From Firmicutes bacterium ADurb.Bin182 (GTDB lineage: Bacteria > Bacillota > Clostridia > Christensenellales > CAG-138), in the NCBI GenBank assembly GCA_002070205.1, contig MWCU01000032.1, positions 15,123 through 79,122 on the forward strand: 64,000 bases of DNA. The letters run 5' to 3'. A model generated the notes under the pieces. That model was not told where the DNA came from, did not search any database, and saw nothing but the letters and a program-made list of their open reading frames with translations. The translations under genes were made by a program, and so were the position numbers. This document shows positions 1-9,272 of this stretch, in pieces (within the stretch, counting starts at the first letter, position 1; the number at the start of each line of letters is the position of its first letter).

Positions 1-2066
1 GGCTTAAAGCTGTCATCAAACGGAACGATGACTATAGGGTTTTCAAGCCGCTTCGGGGAAATAAGCTTTTTTCTTATCTGCCGGGAATTTTTTTGGATGA
101 AGCTCCCCGCGATATCGATAAGCTCCTGTGAATTGCGGTATGTATGGGTGATCTTTAATTCCGTGCCCGATCCCATCAACTCGAGAAAGCGCGTAAACAG
201 GCTGATATCGGAGCCCGCGAAGGCATATATGGACTGCCAGTCATCCCCGACTGCCACAACCTTCGCGTTTGTTATTTCGGAAAGCTTTTTTGTGAGGTTG
301 AACCGCTGGCGGGCAATATCCTGAAATTCATCGATTATTATGTACCGGTACGGCAATTCGATTTGCTGCCGCTCGATTTCCTGAAGATAAAAATGTGCGT
401 CATTTATCATATCGGAAAAGTCGATCTGGTTTTGCTGCTTAAGCGCGCTTTGATAATGAGAATACACCTCCTCCGCGATATCCAGAAACAGCAAAGTTCT
501 CGGATTATCCGTTTTCTTGCGCAAAATCTCAAAGCCGCCCGCGTCATATCCGGAGGTTTTATATTGCTCTATAAAATTCATCATGAACAAAATCAGTTTG
601 ATAATATACTTGTCTTTCCCGGTTTCAACGATTTTTTTATAGACCTCGTCAAGATCTCGGGGCTTAAGCACAAATCCTTCCTGTATCAGCAATTCCCGCA
701 AGTGCTCGATAAGCGGACGCCTGTCGCGATAGACCGACCAGGTTTCTAGCAGAACGGTACAGCGGGCTTTATGCAGTTTTCTTTTATCGGCAATCGCTTT
801 TTTATATTTGGCGATCTGCTTCGGCGTTAAAATACTGCTGTAACCGCTTTCTGTCAGGCTGTAATGCTCCAAATACGCCGAGTGCTCACCCTGCGTTATA
901 TAAAAATCCGGCGTGTATTTTTTTCCTGAACCGGGCAGAGTGCCCGGATATACGGGCTCGTATTCGTAATCCAATCCGTTTAAATAAAGGAAATTGGCTA
1001 TTTGTACCTCCTGAACGGACCGCAAATATTCGCCGGTCAGAGTCTTTATCTGTTTGCTTCTTTGACTTTGGACTTTCTTTACATATTCTCCGAGGCCGCT
1101 CTTTAAAGTTTCATAATCAAGAGAGGCTTTCATTATGTGGTATTGATTGAGCGAATCGAACTTAAAAACGTCCTCCGGCAAATCGAAGTAATAGCCCATG
1201 AACAGAACCAGGTTCCGCATAAGCTGCTTATTATCATAAATACACTTTTCCAGAATATCAAACACGATTTTATAAGCTGAAAAATTCACCTCAGGAGGTT
1301 CGGATGAAAAGCGCCTCACGATTCCGAACGCGAAGGAATGGAAAGTACAGATTTTTGCCGGTATCCTAAGGCGATTTATTATCCTGTCCTTCAATTCGTT
1401 TATCGCTTTGTTCGTATATGAAATTACGATTATATCTTCGGGCATTACGCCCTTCTTTTCCACAAGGTATTTGACCTTCGCCGCCATGGTCGTTGTTTTT
1501 CCCGCGCCCGCGCCCGCTACCAGAAGGCAGTAATCATCATCCGTCACAACTGCCCTTCGCTGCTCGTCATCGAGCATAATGGAAGGGTCGATATCGCCGA
1601 GAAGCCCGTCAAAGTATTCTTTATCGCGTTCCAAAGCGGTTTCGATATAGTTCTCGTTATGCGCTGTAATATCGGACTCGAGCGTCTTGAATTTCCTCAA
1701 GAATGTTTTTGCCGCCGCCATATCGACGCGAAGCTTGGACGCGTTGTTTGCGATGTATTGAAAAATCAGTTTATTGTTGAGGCATTTGTAATAATCTCCG
1801 TAAGTATCGAGCAGACTTTGCCTTTCCCTGCTCGATATATAATGGCCGCCGCTGAAGCAGGAACAATAATCGCGGTCAAACGAAATTAAAATGTTTCCGA
1901 GGTTTTTATAATCGATGGCGATCTGCTCATCCGAGTCTTGCGGCAATGCGGAAGCCGCTTCCGGTTTTCCCGGAGCAAAAAAACTTGACGGAAGCCCGCA
2001 GCGGGGGCAGCTTTCCGCCTTGTCAGAGATTTTATTGCCGCATTCGGGACAATTGATAAGCGACAT
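1..2066 (-). CDS. UvrD/REP-family (helicase IV-like) ATP-dependent DNA helicase with an N-terminal zinc ribbon. Partial: the 3-prime end runs off the window.
   Basis: Hand translation of the minus strand from the ATG at 2066 gives MSLINCPECGNKISDKAESCPRCGLP (CxxC..CxxC zinc ribbon). Walker A LLVAGAGAGKTTTMAAK lies near 1500, IIIDEFQD (motif II) near 350, and a YTPDFY segment is also present. The frame stays open to position 3. It is missing from the ORF track, presumably because it has no stop in the window. Confidence 0.7.
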   Translation of the reverse strand, partial: MSLINCPECGNKISDKAESCPRCGLPSSFFAPGKPEAASALPQDSDEQIAIDYKNLGNILISFDRDYCSCFSGGHYISSRERQSLLDTYGDYYKCLNNKLIFQYIANNASKLRVDMAAAKTFLRKFKTLESDITAHNENYIETALERDKEYFDGLLGDIDPSIMLDDEQRRAVVTDDDYCLLVAGAGAGKTTTMAAKVKYLVEKKGVMPEDIIVISYTNKAINELKDRIINRLRIPAKICTFHSFAFGIVRRFSSEPPEVNFSAYKIVFDILEKCIYDNKQLMRNLVLFMGYYFDLPEDVFKFDSLNQYHIMKASLDYETLKSGLGEYVKKVQSQRSKQIKTLTGEYLRSVQEVQIANFLYLNGLDYEYEPVYPGTLPGSGKKYTPDFYITQGEHSAYLEHYSLTESGYSSILTPKQIAKYKKAIADKRKLHKARCTVLLETWSVYRDRRPLIEHLRELLIQEGFVLKPRDLDEVYKKIVETGKDKYIIKLILFMMNFIEQYKTSGYDAGGFEILRKKTDNPRTLLFLDIAEEVYSHYQSALKQQNQIDFSDMINDAHFYLQEIERQQIELPYRYIIIDEFQDIARQRFNLTKKLSEITNAKVVAVGDDWQSIYAFAGSDISLFTRFLELMGSGTELKITHTYRNSQELIDIAGSFIQKNSRQIRKKLISPKRLENPIVIVPFDDSFK

Positions 2067-2287
2067 ATCGGGTTTCGCTTTGTCTCCGGAATATTATGCT
2101 TATATCTATTTTACCATAATTGAGGAAAAAGCGCGAGCGCGCGGACTTGTACGTTCGAATAGGCGAAAACCACCCCCTGCGATAATTTACGCGCATCTAA
2201 AAATACGATTGACAAATGTGGAATCTTATTGTTTGATAAGGATTATGATTTAGAAACGATTAAGAACGCTGCGGAGGGCATAAATTC

Positions 2288-2782
2288 ATGAAGCTGCTGA
2301 TCCACGACCTGAATGAGGAACAGTTAAGTAAGCTGATCCCGGTAAAACCGGATGATACAACCGTGATTTCTGACGACGGCAGTATCCGCCACTGTCTCGG
2401 CTGCTTCGGCTGCTGGGTAAAAACGCCGGGCACTTGCGTTATCCACGACAACTATGCGGATACGGGTGAGAAGATTTCAAAATGCGAAGAGGTCGTGATC
2501 ATCAGCAAATGCTTTTACGGCGGATTCAGTCCGTTTGTAAAAAACGTGCTGGACAGAGGCATTTCCTATATGCATCCGTATTTTACGATAAGAAACGGCG
2601 AATTGCATCACCGGCGAAGATACGGCAATCACATAGATCTTTCGGTCTGGTTCTACGGCGATAATATAACGGAAGTCGAAAAAGAGACAGCGGAAAGGCT
2701 GATACATGCGAACGCGATAAATCTCGATTGTTCTGTTAAAAGTGTGGGATTTGTGCGTGAAATAGAGCAAGTAACCGTATAA
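2288..2782 (+). CDS. Flavodoxin-like fold / NAD(P)H-dependent FMN reductase family protein
   Basis: 164-aa ORF with a GGAGGG RBS upstream. It has a CLGCFGCW motif and the overall look of clostridial flavodoxin-family oxidoreductases, and it pairs with the next gene. Confidence 0.5.
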   Translation: MKLLIHDLNEEQLSKLIPVKPDDTTVISDDGSIRHCLGCFGCWVKTPGTCVIHDNYADTGEKISKCEEVVIISKCFYGGFSPFVKNVLDRGISYMHPYFTIRNGELHHRRRYGNHIDLSVWFYGDNITEVEKETAERLIHANAINLDCSVKSVGFVREIEQVTV

Positions 2783-2820
2783 GAAATAAATTTTATCCGA
2801 AAGCGGGGGAACAAAGCAAT

Positions 2821-3456
2821 ATGAAAATCGCGTTGATCAACGGAAGCCCAAGACACAAAGACAGCGCGTCCGCGGTTATTTTGCAGATGCTCAAACGGAT
2901 GCTCGCGGAAGAAAATGAGATTTTGGAGTTATACTGCGCAACCCCCGCATTTGCGGAGCATGATTTGAAGCAGATCACATCTTGCGACAGACTGGTATTC
3001 TCGTTCCCTTTATATGTTGACGCAATACCTTCCCATTTGCTCCGCTGCCTGTCACAGCTGGAAGAAGCGTATTCGGCAAAAGCGGGATCGAAGCCTGCCG
3101 TTTATGCGCTTGTGAACTGCGGATTCTACGAAGGGTCGCAAAACTCCGTCGCTTTGGATATCATAAAAAACTGGTGTCATAAAGCGGGTCCAACTTACGG
3201 CCAGGGGATCGGCATGGGCGGTGGGGGAATGCTGCTGGCTATATCCGGTGTACCTGATGACAAAGGCCCGAAAAGAATTGTTTATGAAGCGATAAAAACA
3301 ATGGCAAACAATATCTTAGCAGGCGCTTCGGCGGATAATCTGTTCGTGAGCCCGGGTTTCCCGAGATTTGCGTATAAGCTGTCGGCGGAATTCGGATGGC
3401 GCAAAGCAATTAAAGAGAACGGGTTGAAAGTAAAGGATTTATCCAGGAGAATGTAA
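2821..3456 (+). CDS. NAD(P)H-dependent oxidoreductase / flavodoxin family protein
   Basis: N-terminus MKIALINGSPRHKDS (GSPR FMN-reductase-type loop). 211 aa. Confidence 0.6.
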   Translation: MKIALINGSPRHKDSASAVILQMLKRMLAEENEILELYCATPAFAEHDLKQITSCDRLVFSFPLYVDAIPSHLLRCLSQLEEAYSAKAGSKPAVYALVNCGFYEGSQNSVALDIIKNWCHKAGPTYGQGIGMGGGGMLLAISGVPDDKGPKRIVYEAIKTMANNILAGASADNLFVSPGFPRFAYKLSAEFGWRKAIKENGLKVKDLSRRM

Positions 3457-3818
3457 GGGGAGACAACGGGTTTTGCCAGTTCAGGTGCTTCGATCGATTG
3501 GCAATTAAATGGCTAATTGTTAGTGTTTTGCTGATTGCCAAAGGACAGGGAATGCATAGATCAGTTGTGAGTGTGTTGTCAAAAAAGAGCCGAATCTTTT
3601 CATCAAATAACTGTAAATGTACTACTTTAACTTATCAATAGCTAATTTCAATACACATCAACGCTATTTAGCAAAACATGATATAATAAATATGTCAAGT
3701 GTTGCCAACTATAATTGATTATATCGATAGCAAACATACAATCGAGCTAAAAACAAGCTATTAGCATATACGATGTTTATTATATCAAATCATACTAAGG
3801 AGTTCGGAGAAAGAAAAC

Positions 3819-6800
3819 ATGCTTAAAAATGGACTATATGAATTGGTCATTAGTAAGGCAATTGCGAAAGAACTTGATCGTTACATTGATGGAATCCAAA
3901 AAACTGCTCCTATAGATAGCGCTGAAGCATCCAAGATTTTAACGAAATATATTTCAGAAATAATCGAAAAGAGAATGGATAATGTCAAGGATAATAGTGG
4001 CAATATTCAAGCTCAAATAGATCTTGCTAACAAAATAATCACAACAATTTGGAATGAGACGGACGAAGCTGTCTACAATGCATTAACTGTAGATGAGCGC
4101 GCACAGCAACTCTTAGCTTTATTCGGTCAGAAAAACAATATTTTTGCATTAGATTCAAAGGCACAAATTATACGTCCAGAAACCTCTATTGCGCAAAGTT
4201 CATTGTTCACCGGCTCCATACATGAGCCATGTTTGTATACAGAATTTAAAAAAGAAATTCTATCCTGTGACCGTATCGATATGCTCGTTTCCTTCATTAA
4301 GTGGAGTGGATTAGTGCGTATCATAGATGAACTACGCACCTTTACATTGAATGGTGGGCAATTAAGAGTTATAACCACTTCCTATATGGGCGCAACAGAT
4401 ATGAAAGCAATAGAGGAGCTTCGTGTTCTACCTCATACCGACATTAAAGTTTCATATGATACAAAGCGCACTAGGCTCCATGCAAAAACTTATGTGTTCT
4501 ATCGTAACACGGGATTCACAACAGCTTATGTCGGATCATCTAACCTGTCCAATGCTGCAATTTCAAGTGGCTTAGAATGGAATGTTAAAGTAGCAGCAAA
4601 AGAACTTCCTGATACTATTCAAAAGATCAGTGCTACCTTTGAAAGTTATTGGAATTCTAGCGAGTTCGAAGTATATACGGTTGAACAACAAGAAAAGCTT
4701 AAACATGCACTTCGGGCTGAGAAGTATTTCATTGAGAATATTGATCAATTATATTTATTTGATATATCACCTTATCCATATCAACAGGAAATCTTAGATA
4801 AGCTTGATGCTGAACGTAAGATACGTGGTAAAAATCGAAACTTAGTCGTAGCTGCAACAGGTACTGGTAAAACAGTGATTTCTGCGTTTGACTATAAACG
4901 TTTTTGTAAGGAAAACATAGGTAAACCTTGTCGCTTATTATTCGTTGCTCACAGAGAGGAAATTCTTAAGCAAAGCATAAATTGTTTTAAGGGTGTGTTG
5001 AGAGATAACAATTTCGGTGATTTATTTGTAGGTGGATATAAACCGAATTCTATAGACCATTTATTTATGTCAATACAGACTTTCAATTCTCAACAATGGC
5101 ATAAGAAAACAACACCGGACTTTTATAATTACATTATCATTGACGAGTTTCATCATGCAGCAGCACCTTCTTATCAAGAAATATTAACTTATTATCAACC
5201 TCAAATTTTACTTGGTTTAACAGCAACACCTGAGCGGATGGATGGAAAAAGCATTCTTGAATATTTTGATAACCGAATTGCAGCAGAAATCCGTTTGCCT
5301 GAGGCTATTGATCGAAAACTTTTATGCCCCTTTCAGTATTTCGGTGTAACAGACACAATTGATCTTGACAGTTTAAAATGGACACGTGGTGGCTACGATA
5401 AGGCTGAATTGTCGAAAATTTACACGCTTGATCAAATGGTCGCAGACAAACGATGCAATATGATTATAGCCTCAATCTTGAAGTATGTTACAGATATTAA
5501 CGAAGTTAAAGGGTTAGGTTTCTGCGTATCGCAAGAACATGCAGAATACATGGCAAATTACTTCAATCAACACAACATCCCCTCAATGTATTTAATTGCT
5601 GATTCGCCTGATAGTGAAAGGCACGAAGCAAAAAATAAACTTATCAGCGGTGACGTTCGTTTTATCTTCGTTGTCGATCTTTACAATGAAGGAGTTGATA
5701 TACCCGATGTGAATACAGTTCTGTTTTTACGACCGACAGAAAGTCTAACTATATTTCTACAGCAGCTTGGCCGGGGACTTCGTTTAGCAGATAATAAAGA
5801 ATGTTTGACGGTATTAGATTTTATCGGCCAAGCAAACAAAAAATATAACTTTGAGAATAAGTTCGCTGCTTTGCTTTCAAACACCACACGTGGTGTTCGT
5901 CGCGAAATTGCGGAAGGATTTGTTTCTGTTCCAAAAGGCTGCTTTATCCAGCTTGAACGAAAAGCAAAGGAATACGTTCTTGAAAATATCAGCAATTCTT
6001 TTGATACAAAATTTGGTCTCATCACTCGAATTGCTTCCTTTGAAGAGGATAGCGGACTATCTTTAAGCCTTGAAAACTTTATTGATTATTACCATTTGGA
6101 CACACGCAGTATTTATATTCGTGATAATTTCTCACGATTATGTGTTTTAGCCGGCGTCAGAGATGACTTTTTCGAACCAATAGAGCAGACTATGACAAAG
6201 GCGTTCTCAAGAATATGTGCGATTGATTCTCGAAGATGGATTACCTTTTTACTAAAAGCATTTGATACTCTTGATTCTTGGGAGGTAGGTGCGCTTAGTG
6301 ACGGTGAAAGGCGCATGCTACAAATGTTTCAATTCACCGTTTGGCAAAATTCTGTTGAAGCTTGTGGATTTACTGATATAAAAAACGGGCTGAAAATAAT
6401 AAAGGATTGTCCCGTACTATATAAGGAATTAATTGAATTATTGAAATACAATTATAGCCATATAGACTTTATTGACCAACATGTTGACCTCGGTTTTGAT
6501 TGTCCGCTGGATGTACACTGTCAATATACAAGAGATCAGATATTTGTTGCATTGGATTATTTGACGCCGGGCGCAATACGTCAAGGTGTAAAGTGGTTAC
6601 CAGACAAAAAACTGGATGTATTTATTAACACTCTTAATAAAGCAGAAAAGGACTATTCGCCGACAACGATGTATAACGACTATTCCATAAACGAATGGTT
6701 ATTTCATTGGCAGAGCCAAAGCACAACTTCGGAAAGTTCGCCGACAGGTCAACGTTACATCCATCATGCTACTCGCGGTAGTAAGGTGCTGTTATTTGTA

Positions 6801-6965
6801 CGCGAATATAATGAAGATATTGCTGGAACGGCACCATTTACCTTCCTCGGCATAGCAAATTATGTAAAACATGACGGTTCATGCCCGATGAACATTACAT
6901 GGAAATTGGAAATTCCAATTCCAGCTAAGTTTATTAAGAAAACAAATAAGTTGGTGGTGGGTTAA
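3819..6965 (+). CDS. SauUSI-like Type IV (modification-dependent) restriction endonuclease: N-terminal PLD-family nuclease, SF2/ResIII helicase, C-terminal DUF3427
   Basis: PLD motif RLHAKTYVF...GSSNLSNAA. Helicase motifs are VVAATGTGKT (I), IIDEFHHAA (II), LGLTATPER (III) and LQQLGRGLR (VI). The C-terminus FHWQSQSTTSESSPTGQRY...VLLFVRE...FTFLGIANYVKHDGSCPMNITWKL is typical of DUF3427. The gene is AT-rich relative to its neighbours. Confidence 0.8.
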   Translation: MLKNGLYELVISKAIAKELDRYIDGIQKTAPIDSAEASKILTKYISEIIEKRMDNVKDNSGNIQAQIDLANKIITTIWNETDEAVYNALTVDERAQQLLALFGQKNNIFALDSKAQIIRPETSIAQSSLFTGSIHEPCLYTEFKKEILSCDRIDMLVSFIKWSGLVRIIDELRTFTLNGGQLRVITTSYMGATDMKAIEELRVLPHTDIKVSYDTKRTRLHAKTYVFYRNTGFTTAYVGSSNLSNAAISSGLEWNVKVAAKELPDTIQKISATFESYWNSSEFEVYTVEQQEKLKHALRAEKYFIENIDQLYLFDISPYPYQQEILDKLDAERKIRGKNRNLVVAATGTGKTVISAFDYKRFCKENIGKPCRLLFVAHREEILKQSINCFKGVLRDNNFGDLFVGGYKPNSIDHLFMSIQTFNSQQWHKKTTPDFYNYIIIDEFHHAAAPSYQEILTYYQPQILLGLTATPERMDGKSILEYFDNRIAAEIRLPEAIDRKLLCPFQYFGVTDTIDLDSLKWTRGGYDKAELSKIYTLDQMVADKRCNMIIASILKYVTDINEVKGLGFCVSQEHAEYMANYFNQHNIPSMYLIADSPDSERHEAKNKLISGDVRFIFVVDLYNEGVDIPDVNTVLFLRPTESLTIFLQQLGRGLRLADNKECLTVLDFIGQANKKYNFENKFAALLSNTTRGVRREIAEGFVSVPKGCFIQLERKAKEYVLENISNSFDTKFGLITRIASFEEDSGLSLSLENFIDYYHLDTRSIYIRDNFSRLCVLAGVRDDFFEPIEQTMTKAFSRICAIDSRRWITFLLKAFDTLDSWEVGALSDGERRMLQMFQFTVWQNSVEACGFTDIKNGLKIIKDCPVLYKELIELLKYNYSHIDFIDQHVDLGFDCPLDVHCQYTRDQIFVALDYLTPGAIRQGVKWLPDKKLDVFINTLNKAEKDYSPTTMYNDYSINEWLFHWQSQSTTSESSPTGQRYIHHATRGSKVLLFVREYNEDIAGTAPFTFLGIANYVKHDGSCPMNITWKLEIPIPAKFIKKTNKLVVG

Positions 6966-7009
6966 GTTAGAAATGACTTTTATCATTATATTTTTAGGTG
7001 AGAAGCGCT

Positions 7010-7936
7010 ATGGATTACGGTAAAATCTTAAGCTCAGTTGATTATGGATCAATATTGAAAGCTGTTTGGCCTGTTTTTATTTTAATGATAGCCGGCGTTT
7101 TATTTAAAGTATTTTTCCCTAAAATAAAAGGATCACTTGGCGAAAGATACATTAATTCCGTATTATCTTCTTTACCGAAGGATAAATATTACGTGCTCAA
7201 CAATATCATGCTTAAAACCGATAGAGGTACGTCCCAGGTTGATCATATCATTGTATCTGTTTATGGCATTTTTGTTATAGAAACAAAAACCTATAAGGGG
7301 TGGATTTTCGGCAATGAATATGAACCATATTGGACGCAAAATATTTATGGCAAAAAAAATAGGTTTGATAATCCTATAAGACAGAATTACGGACATGTAA
7401 AGGCTTTGGATAGCTTATTAACGGAATATAAAAACATTCCGATTATCCCCATCGTGGCTTTCTCAGGTGAGTGTGATTTAAAAGTAAAGTTAAAACAAGA
7501 AAATGTTGTATATTTTTCAGGTGTTAAAAAGCTCATTAAACAGTACAAATGTGAGTCCATGGATAGAGAAACTGCGCTTAAAATATATGAACTCATAAAA
7601 CACAACAATATTGACTCAATGGAAACTCGCAAAGAACACGTGGCTTCGATTAGAGCAAAGCTTAAAGGAAATCATGAACAAAGCGAAAATAGTATGGATG
7701 AAATGTCGAAAGGGGACTCCAGGGTACTAAACGAGACACATAGTGAACCTCAGATTATCAATTCTAAACCCACACAAGAAGAAATAGCAGTTGAAATAAC
7801 CGCTTCCGGGAAAATGATTTGCTCAAGATGCGGGGCGGAAATGGTAAAGAGGAAAGCAACGAGGGGTGAAAACACAGGAAAGGAATTCTGGGGCTGCTCC
7901 GCCTTCCCCAAGTGCAGGAATATCATCAATATATAA
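7010..7936 (+). CDS. Membrane-anchored NERD (nuclease-related domain) protein with a C-terminal topoisomerase-type C4 zinc finger
   Basis: N-terminal hydrophobic helix AVWPVFILMIAGVLFKVFF. NERD core DHIIVSVYGIFVIETKTYKGWIFG. C-terminal CSRCGAEMVKRKA...FWGCSAFPKCRN. The ATG at 7010, preceded by AGGTGA, is preferred over the GTG at 6998. Confidence 0.75.
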   Translation: MDYGKILSSVDYGSILKAVWPVFILMIAGVLFKVFFPKIKGSLGERYINSVLSSLPKDKYYVLNNIMLKTDRGTSQVDHIIVSVYGIFVIETKTYKGWIFGNEYEPYWTQNIYGKKNRFDNPIRQNYGHVKALDSLLTEYKNIPIIPIVAFSGECDLKVKLKQENVVYFSGVKKLIKQYKCESMDRETALKIYELIKHNNIDSMETRKEHVASIRAKLKGNHEQSENSMDEMSKGDSRVLNETHSEPQIINSKPTQEEIAVEITASGKMICSRCGAEMVKRKATRGENTGKEFWGCSAFPKCRNIINI

Positions 7937-8141
7937 CGTGCTTTGGTTGGACACAATCGCTTCGTTTCTATTTTTCTTTTTGATTTCTTCATATATAATA
8001 ATCCAATAAAGCCGGCGGCAATGAATAAAAAGCGGGTCGCAGGCAATGCTTCATCTGTCAGCAATCGGCCGCGGTTCTGCGGCTTTGGTCACTAAAACCG
8101 GGTGTTGAAGCGAAATATAAAATCGGAACGGAGGGAACTTA

Positions 8142-9263
8142 TTGGCTGAGAATACTTCATGTTTCCCGTACAAGTTCGCTGTTTTGGGCGCCGGCCACGG
8201 CGGAACGGCTGTGGCGGCGCATTTGTCTTTAATGGGCGCGGACGTCAGTTTGTATAACCGCAGCGCCGAGCGTATCAAAGCAATACAGTTTACGGGAGGA
8301 ATCGAGCTTTTAAGCGATGTGGAAACCATACCTACAGGGTTTGCGAATATCAGCATCGTCACGACCGATATCCGCGAGGCGATAGAGGGCAGAGATATTC
8401 TGATGGTAGTTGTGCCTGCATCGGGACACCGTTTTATCGCCGAGGCATTAGCACCTCATATCGAAGACGGCCAGATCATAGTTTTAAATCCCGGCCGCAC
8501 CGGCGGAGCGCTCGAAGTTCTCAACATTTTACGGAACAAAAACGCAAGCGCGGGCTTCGTCGTTTGCGAGGCGCAAACGCTGATATACGCAAGCCGCGCG
8601 ATAAACCCGGCGCAAACGAGAATATTCCGGATAAAGAACAGCATCCCGGTCGCCGCAATACCGGCGCACCTGACTCCGGAAATAATCAAAAAACTGAGGA
8701 CCGCATACCCGCAGTTTGTACCCGGCGACAACGTCATGAAAACAAGCCTCGACAATATCGGCGCGGTTTTTCATCCGGTAATCACGGTATTAAACGCCGC
8801 AAGGATCGAAAGCACAAACGGTGATTTTGACTTTTATACGGAAGGGATCACGTCGTCTGTAGCCGCAATTCTGGAGTGCATAGACAGGGAGCGCGTTACG
8901 ATAGCCGAATCGCTCGGTTTCAGGGCCATGACTGCCAGAGAATGGCTGTACACGGCTTATGACGCGTCCGGGAGGACGTTGTTTGAGGCCATCAGAAGCA
9001 ACAGAGGCTATGACGATATCAAAGCTCCGAAGACGATTTTTAACCGCTACATTACCGAAGATATCCCGATGAGCCTCGTTCCTCTCGCAGCACTGGGATC
9101 GCTTGGAAATGTTCCCACACCGACGATCGACGCGATAATAATGCTCGGCTCCATTCTGCACAAAGTCGATTATGCCAAAGCAGGGCGGTCGCTCAAAGAC
9201 ATGGGTCTTGAAAACATGAATTTGAAGAATATCAGAAGATACATACTGGAAGGGGAATTATAA
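8142..9263 (+). CDS. NAD/NADP octopine/nopaline (opine) dehydrogenase family protein
   Basis: N-terminal Rossmann loop FAVLGAGHGGTAVAAHL. 373 aa. TTG start with a GGAGGG RBS. Confidence 0.65.
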   Translation: MAENTSCFPYKFAVLGAGHGGTAVAAHLSLMGADVSLYNRSAERIKAIQFTGGIELLSDVETIPTGFANISIVTTDIREAIEGRDILMVVVPASGHRFIAEALAPHIEDGQIIVLNPGRTGGALEVLNILRNKNASAGFVVCEAQTLIYASRAINPAQTRIFRIKNSIPVAAIPAHLTPEIIKKLRTAYPQFVPGDNVMKTSLDNIGAVFHPVITVLNAARIESTNGDFDFYTEGITSSVAAILECIDRERVTIAESLGFRAMTAREWLYTAYDASGRTLFEAIRSNRGYDDIKAPKTIFNRYITEDIPMSLVPLAALGSLGNVPTPTIDAIIMLGSILHKVDYAKAGRSLKDMGLENMNLKNIRRYILEGEL

Positions 9264-9272
9264 CGGCGCGCA

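Noticed and set aside
3553-3642. 29-codon mini-ORF (MHRSVVSVLSKKSRIFSSNNCKCTTLTYQ) in the AT-rich leader of the restriction gene
   Set aside because: The RBS is weak, there is no recognisable motif, and ORFs of this length are expected by chance.
7930-8064. Minus-strand peptide LTDEALPATRFLFIAAGFIGLLYMKKSKRK, resembling an LPXTG-type sorting signal (motif, hydrophobic helix, basic tail) at the right border of the AT-rich island
   Set aside because: The G of LPXTG is replaced by R. An in-frame stop lies only 8 codons upstream, so there is no attached surface-protein body. The frame also continues antisense into the NERD gene. At most it is a gene remnant marking an insertion or deletion scar, and there is too little evidence to call a pseudogene.
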